Made by a program: the position numbers and the translations under genes. Under the pieces are notes generated by a model. The model was not told the origin of the DNA and did no database searches. It saw nothing but the letters and a program-made list of their open reading frames with translations. Positions 59,142 to 64,000 of a stretch of DNA of 64,000 nucleotides are shown here, one piece after another. Origin of the DNA: Promethearchaeota archaeon (GTDB taxonomy: Archaea > Asgardarchaeota > Lokiarchaeia > Sigyniarchaeales > SOKP01); NCBI GenBank assembly GCA_019058245.1, contig JAHPZJ010000020.1, positions 40,936 to 104,935 of the forward strand, read 5' to 3'. Every line of letters begins with the position of its first letter. The first letter of the stretch is position 1.

Positions 59142-60074
59142 TTATTTCTTTTTTAAAAAATTTGAGATTTTTTGTGCAATTATAGTGGCTGCAGCAGTTT
59201 GACTTTCAATAGTTTGACTAGCTATATGAGGTGTAAGAATGAGATTTTCATTCCAATCAATTAAATCTTGATCATCAAGAGGTTCTTTTCGATAAACATC
59301 AAGAGCAGCACCAGCAATATCTCTATTTTTTAAGGCTTTTAATAAAGCTTTATTATCAATTAGGTTACCTCTTGCTGTGTTTATAATTATAGCATCTTTT
59401 CTCATTATTTTTATCCTTTCTTCATTTATTATATTTTCAGTTTGGGGTGAAGAAGGGAGATGTAGTGAGATAATTTGAGCACTGGTTAATAATTCATCAA
59501 TGGTGGGATAGATTAAACAACCAATATCCTTAGCTTCCTCAATAGCAACTTGTCCTTTACTAAATCTAGAATATACTCCAACACTCATTCCCAAGGCAAT
59601 TGTAATTTTTGCTAAATATTTCGCAGTATTTCCAAAACCTACTAATCCAAGTTTTTTTCCTTCTAAAGTATACCCTAAGCACTCATTTTTATTCCATTGC
59701 CCCTCATGGGTCGTACGATCAGCATAAGATATTCTTCTTGCTAAAGTTAGCATTAAACCTAATGTTAATTCTCCAACTGAAACAGCTGGCGCTTCTGGTG
59801 TATTAAAGATTTCTATATTCAATTCAGCAGCTTTTTTTTGATCAATATTATCTAATCCCACTCCAGCCCTCCCAATCACTTTTAAATTCTTGGCGTTTTC
59901 TAATACATCCGCTGTTAATTTTGTTCTTGAACGTACTACAACAGCATTATAGTCCCCAATTTTCTGTTTCAATTCTTCTTTAGTAATCATAAAATTTTTT
60001 GTAACTTCAAAGTCATTATCTTCAAATATTTTAATGCCTATCTCTTCCATTTTATCAGTAATTAATATTTTCAT
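59142..60074 (-). CDS. serA: D-3-phosphoglycerate dehydrogenase-like 2-hydroxyacid dehydrogenase (no ACT domain)
   Basis: VVRSRTK, GRAGVGLDNID, GLVGFGN, INTARG, ALDVY..EP, TPHIA; adjacent to a class V aminotransferase and DUF1015. Confidence 0.8.
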   Translation of the reverse strand: MKILITDKMEEIGIKIFEDNDFEVTKNFMITKEELKQKIGDYNAVVVRSRTKLTADVLENAKNLKVIGRAGVGLDNIDQKKAAELNIEIFNTPEAPAVSVGELTLGLMLTLARRISYADRTTHEGQWNKNECLGYTLEGKKLGLVGFGNTAKYLAKITIALGMSVGVYSRFSKGQVAIEEAKDIGCLIYPTIDELLTSAQIISLHLPSSPQTENIINEERIKIMRKDAIIINTARGNLIDNKALLKALKNRDIAGAALDVYRKEPLDDQDLIDWNENLILTPHIASQTIESQTAAATIIAQKISNFLKKK

Positions 60075-60250
60075 ATATATCACAAAGATGAATTTAGTTA
60101 TATCATTCCATTTTTTGGTCTTAATTTTTCAATGAGTTTTTCTTAATTAAAAAATAAACCAATCAATTTTAAGGATTTTTATAATATAATAAAAATACTG
60201 AAAATAATGAAAAAAATTAATAAACAAAATATTTTATAGATATTTCTTGG

Positions 60251-61366
60251 TTATTTTAGTTCTTTAATAATATCTGCTAGTACTTTTAGCATCTTATCTA
60301 TATCTTTAATTTGAATTTCTCCCATATGACCAATTCTAAATGTTTTATTTGCAAGTTGTCCATAACCATTAACAATTCGATATCCTTTATCTAAAAGCAT
60401 GGAAACCATTTTTGGAATATCTAGATTTAATGAATTTTTTATAGTGGAAACTGTATTTGATTCATAATTTTTCTCAGGGAACATTTCAAGATCATTTTCA
60501 TGAACCCATTTTCGAGTTTGTTTTGCAAGTCGTTCATGTCTTTCAAATCTCTTCTCTAAACCTTCCTCATTCAATATAAAATCTAATTGAGCTGTTAAAC
60601 CTCTTATTTGTGGTATAGGTGGCGTAGTTGGAGTCTGATATTTGGCAACATGGCTCTTTTTCATAGTAATCAAATCAAAGTATAGTCCTCTATTTTTCAC
60701 ATTCTCCGCTTTTTCAAAAGCAGCAGTGGAAACAGAACAAACCGCAAGTCCTGGTGGCAAAGCAAAGCATTTTTGAACAGATGCTAAAGCAATATCAATT
60801 CCTAATTTATCAACTTCTAATTTCACCCCAGCCATTGATGAAGTAGCATCTACACATAATAAAGCTCCTGAATCTTTGATTATTGGAGCTAATTCTTCAA
60901 TAGGGTTATATACACCAGTTGAAGTTTCATTAGCTTGAATAAATACAACTGAATATTTATCTTTGCTTAAAGCTTCTTGAGAAAACTCAGAAGTTATTGC
61001 TTTACCCCATTCAACTCCTTCTTTAATAGATGTTTTACCATTTGATACTCCTATCTCATACCATCGATCTCCAAAAGCTCCAATTGAAAAAAATAATCCT
61101 TTTTCATCCTCTTCAACGAGATTTCTCACACAAGCTTCCATTATACCTGTTGCACTTGATGTAAAAATTAAACACTCATTTTTTGTATATAATAACTTTT
61201 GAAGTCCTTCTGCCGCCATTTGATGCATTTCTGAGTAGGCTTTAGATCTATGAGTATCATTTGGCTTAGCTATTTCCTTTAGGACTCTTTCAGGAACATA
61301 TACAGGACCTGGAGTAAATAACTTAAGCTGTGAACCTTTTTCTTTATTAAAATGAACATCTGTCAT
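60251..61366 (-). CDS. Class V PLP aminotransferase (serine-pyruvate/phosphoserine aminotransferase-like)
   Basis: FTPGP, HRS, NETSTG, VDATSS, SVQKCFALPPG, FRIGHMG. Confidence 0.9.
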   Translation of the reverse strand: MTDVHFNKEKGSQLKLFTPGPVYVPERVLKEIAKPNDTHRSKAYSEMHQMAAEGLQKLLYTKNECLIFTSSATGIMEACVRNLVEEDEKGLFFSIGAFGDRWYEIGVSNGKTSIKEGVEWGKAITSEFSQEALSKDKYSVVFIQANETSTGVYNPIEELAPIIKDSGALLCVDATSSMAGVKLEVDKLGIDIALASVQKCFALPPGLAVCSVSTAAFEKAENVKNRGLYFDLITMKKSHVAKYQTPTTPPIPQIRGLTAQLDFILNEEGLEKRFERHERLAKQTRKWVHENDLEMFPEKNYESNTVSTIKNSLNLDIPKMVSMLLDKGYRIVNGYGQLANKTFRIGHMGEIQIKDIDKMLKVLADIIKELK

Positions 61367-61559
61367 AATAGGAATATTTTTTAGTCTAGTTTAAAAATTT
61401 TAATTTAGTAAACTAAATTAAGAAAGAGGATTAGATATAATTTTTGTTTTTTTAAATGTATTTTTGGATTCTAAGTTCTAAAAGATCTATCATAGAACGA
61501 CCATTTTATTATAATTAATGAATAAATATGTATTATAAAGATGTACCGTTGGAAATAAA

Positions 61560-62228
61560 TTAATCTATCTGCATTTTCCTTAATACAACGTTTCCATCTA
61601 CTTCTATATATATGAAATAGTCAGAGATAATGTAGAAAAAGAGCTTATAATTTGTTTTATGAAAAAGAGATACACCATACTCACTCAAATATAATGCAGC
61701 TCTACTTAAAACATTCATAAATAATAGTATAGAATATATAATAATATTTATTAAAAAAACGTTCATTACAGAGAATAAGATAAAAAAACATATAGTAATT
61801 GTTGTTAAACCTATTAAAATATTAATGATTCTATACTTAATTGAATATATCTCAATTAACATTCCTTTAATAATCCCGGCACATCCAACAACAAATATTG
61901 GAAATGTAATTATCGAAATTATGATATATGAAGTAATATTGGGCAGTGATAATATAAAAGTTATAAATATAACTGAGAATATAATATAAATAATACCCCT
62001 TATTATCATATCACCATTTACATGACCATCATGCTTTCTTTTATTAAAAGCATTGACAATTTTTATAGTACCCATAATCCCTAAAGACGCTAAAGGATAA
62101 ATTATAACACTTACTAATGCTGCTAATCTGAAAATTAATGCGAAGAGTAAAAAACCAACTATCAGTGATATAAGAATATAATCATCGGCCTTTATCTTAT
62201 TTTTACTCATTAAATCTTCAATCGACAT
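61560..62228 (-). CDS. Hypothetical membrane protein
   Basis: About six hydrophobic helices. Confidence 0.7.
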   Translation of the reverse strand: MSIEDLMSKNKIKADDYILISLIVGFLLFALIFRLAALVSVIIYPLASLGIMGTIKIVNAFNKRKHDGHVNGDMIIRGIIYIIFSVIFITFILSLPNITSYIIISIITFPIFVVGCAGIIKGMLIEIYSIKYRIINILIGLTTITICFFILFSVMNVFLINIIIYSILLFMNVLSRAALYLSEYGVSLFHKTNYKLFFYIISDYFIYIEVDGNVVLRKMQID

Positions 62229-62298
62229 GAATCCCTATTTTAAACAGAAAAATTTGTTTTACTTTATTAGTAATAAAATTATTTTCTTTATTTTTAAT

Positions 62299-62326
62299 TA
62301 TCATGTTAAAATATTCTAACATGATA
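62299..62326. promoter_or_regulatory. Near-perfect 28-bp palindrome between tandem genes (terminator or operator)
   Basis: TATCATGTTA-AAATATTC-TAACATGATA. Confidence 0.35.
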
Positions 62327-62351
62327 TAATCTCAATAATAATTAGAATCCT

Positions 62352-63290
62352 CTATAAAAACAAAATTATATAATTACCAATAATAATGAGAATAACAGCG
62401 ATTATGAATCTCTTACGGAACTTTTCTTTTAAAATAAGAATTGAAAGTATTTGTTGAACCATTGGCGTATTAATTGTAAACACTGATGTTAATATCAATC
62501 CATTGATCTCAGCTGCTTTTATATATAAAGCATCTGCAAAACCTAAAGATAAGATTCCAGCAATTCCTATATAAATAAAATATTTTAAATTTTTACGATT
62601 TTCTTTTTTAAAACCTGAATAATATTCACGCTGAAATATTCCTAATATTGCTATTGCGATCATTCCAAAACATATTCTTAAAAAATTAGAGATAAACACA
62701 TCTCCAGAAATAATTCTTGCTTGATTTAATGAGACATATGCTAATGCCCAAAAAAATGCAGTTCCAATTGCTAATAAGACACCTATTATTAAATTTTCTG
62801 ATACTTTTTCCCTTAGACTTCTTTCAGTATCTACTTTTTCAGATTTATCTTTGGAACTTAAGATAAAAACACTTGAAAATATTAAAGCACTACCTATTAA
62901 GATGGAGTAGGTGATTTCTTCATTAAGAAACAAGATTGAGAAAAAAATCACAAAAATTAGTGAAGTTTGGACGAGAGGATAAGTCCGTGAGACATCTATT
63001 TTTTTTAACGACATATAATATAATAAATCTCCAATTGTAACACTCAAACCTGATATAGCACAAGCTATTAAATAAGAAACCAATTCTCTATTGGAGAAAT
63101 TTTCTAAAATAATATAATTTCCAAAAATTAAAGAGAATATAAAGGTTCCTAGGCTAGTACAACACAATCTGAAAAATAAATTACCTTTCGGCTGTGTCTT
63201 TTCCAAACCTCTTTTATATACAAGTGAAGCTATAGCCCAAGTGAATATAACATCAAAGACTAAAATATACCAAAGTAGTAAATCAGCCAT
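62352..63290 (-). CDS. EamA/DMT family transporter
   Basis: Two 5-TM repeats: SLKKIDVSRTYPL...ILFLNEEI and P...ILSILILKEK. Confidence 0.88.
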   Translation of the reverse strand: MADLLLWYILVFDVIFTWAIASLVYKRGLEKTQPKGNLFFRLCCTSLGTFIFSLIFGNYIILENFSNRELVSYLIACAISGLSVTIGDLLYYMSLKKIDVSRTYPLVQTSLIFVIFFSILFLNEEITYSILIGSALIFSSVFILSSKDKSEKVDTERSLREKVSENLIIGVLLAIGTAFFWALAYVSLNQARIISGDVFISNFLRICFGMIAIAILGIFQREYYSGFKKENRKNLKYFIYIGIAGILSLGFADALYIKAAEINGLILTSVFTINTPMVQQILSILILKEKFRKRFIIAVILIIIGNYIILFL

Positions 63291-63455
63291 TTAAAAAATT
63301 TATATTTAAAATTATTTTAAAAGTATTGTTTTTAACCAAATATATATGATTTAATTCAAGATTTCATATTAATATCTTTTTAATATAGACATCGTTATCA
63401 AAAATTAATAAAAAATTAAAAAAAATTATAAAAACAAGAGTTCTTTAATGAAATT

Positions 63456-64000
63456 ATGAGAAAAGAAGATTTTTTAAAGCCAATGGCTTCTGAATTTATG
63501 AAAAAATCTGAAATTAAAGTATCAAAAAATTATCAGATCGATGCTCAGACAGTAAAAACTGGTACTACAACAGTTGGATTAACATGCAAGGATACTATTG
63601 TTTTAGGAACAGATAAAAGAGCTTCAATGGCATACTTTGTGGCAAGTAAAACAGCTGAAAAACTCCATATGATCCAGAATCACCTTTGGATGACAATTGC
63701 TGGAGGTGTCGCGGACGCATTATACTTGGTGGATATTTTACGGGCTGAAACCACAATATATCAATTAGCACATGATGGGAAACCTATATTAATAAAATCA
63801 GCTGCCAAATTATTGTCAAATATCTTATATCAAAATAAAATGTTTCCTTTTGAAGTAGGACTCATTTTAGGTGGTGTTACAGAAGATGAAGGTCCTGTTC
63901 TTTTCGACATTAGTGCTTATGGTTCTATACTACCAGAGAAATACTGTGCTGTGGGAAGTGGTCAAAATTTCTCATATGGTGTTCTTGAAGCAAGATATAA
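63456..64000 (+). CDS. psmB: 20S proteasome beta subunit, truncated by the window edge
   Basis: Manual translation: 36-aa propeptide ending KTG, then TTTVGLTCKDTIVLGTDKRASM...TIAGGVADA...AVGSG. Confidence 0.95.
   Translation, partial: MRKEDFLKPMASEFMKKSEIKVSKNYQIDAQTVKTGTTTVGLTCKDTIVLGTDKRASMAYFVASKTAEKLHMIQNHLWMTIAGGVADALYLVDILRAETTIYQLAHDGKPILIKSAAKLLSNILYQNKMFPFEVGLILGGVTEDEGPVLFDISAYGSILPEKYCAVGSGQNFSYGVLEARY

Noticed and set aside
845-59806. Many short ORF-track entries overlapping longer genes (e.g. 845..1162, 5415..5930, 7239..7658, 34773..35174, 37457..37816, 50022..50405, 56612..57067)
   Set aside because: Shadow ORFs, mostly antisense to well-supported genes; their S/F/L-rich composition is the expected reverse complement of E/K-rich codons

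Overview
AT-rich, gene-dense archaeal chromosome segment, most likely an Asgard archaeon (Lokiarchaeia-like). This is inferred from archaeal markers (rpl37e next to an Sm gene, proteasome beta subunit, tRNA-splicing endonuclease subunit, PINA, SepF, BHB-intron tRNA) occurring with eukaryote-signature-type proteins (Rab/Ras-like GTPase, longin-like, roadblock/LC7, a ubiquitin-like protein, LRR/WD40/TPR proteins). I found no mobile elements, CRISPR arrays or rRNA. Main observations: (1) An NAD-centred, immune-like locus at 29.5-39.6 kb. Two overlapping LRR-TIR genes, one with the TIR catalytic Glu and one a pseudo-TIR with an inserted duplicated domain, sit head-to-head with a membrane-anchored WD40 protein coupled to a nicotinamidase-fold protein lacking its catalytic triad. 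An intact PncA and NadA flank the unit. (2) Several conserved genes that the ORF track missed or truncated cannot start at ATG/GTG/TTG and appear to use ATT/ATC-type codons, usually at normal Shine-Dalgarno spacing. One is an unannotated ubiquitin-like gene ending GG-F. (3) A tRNA-Leu(UAA) carries two non-canonical introns (21/22 and 59/60). All family assignments come from motif recognition by eye; no database searches were run.
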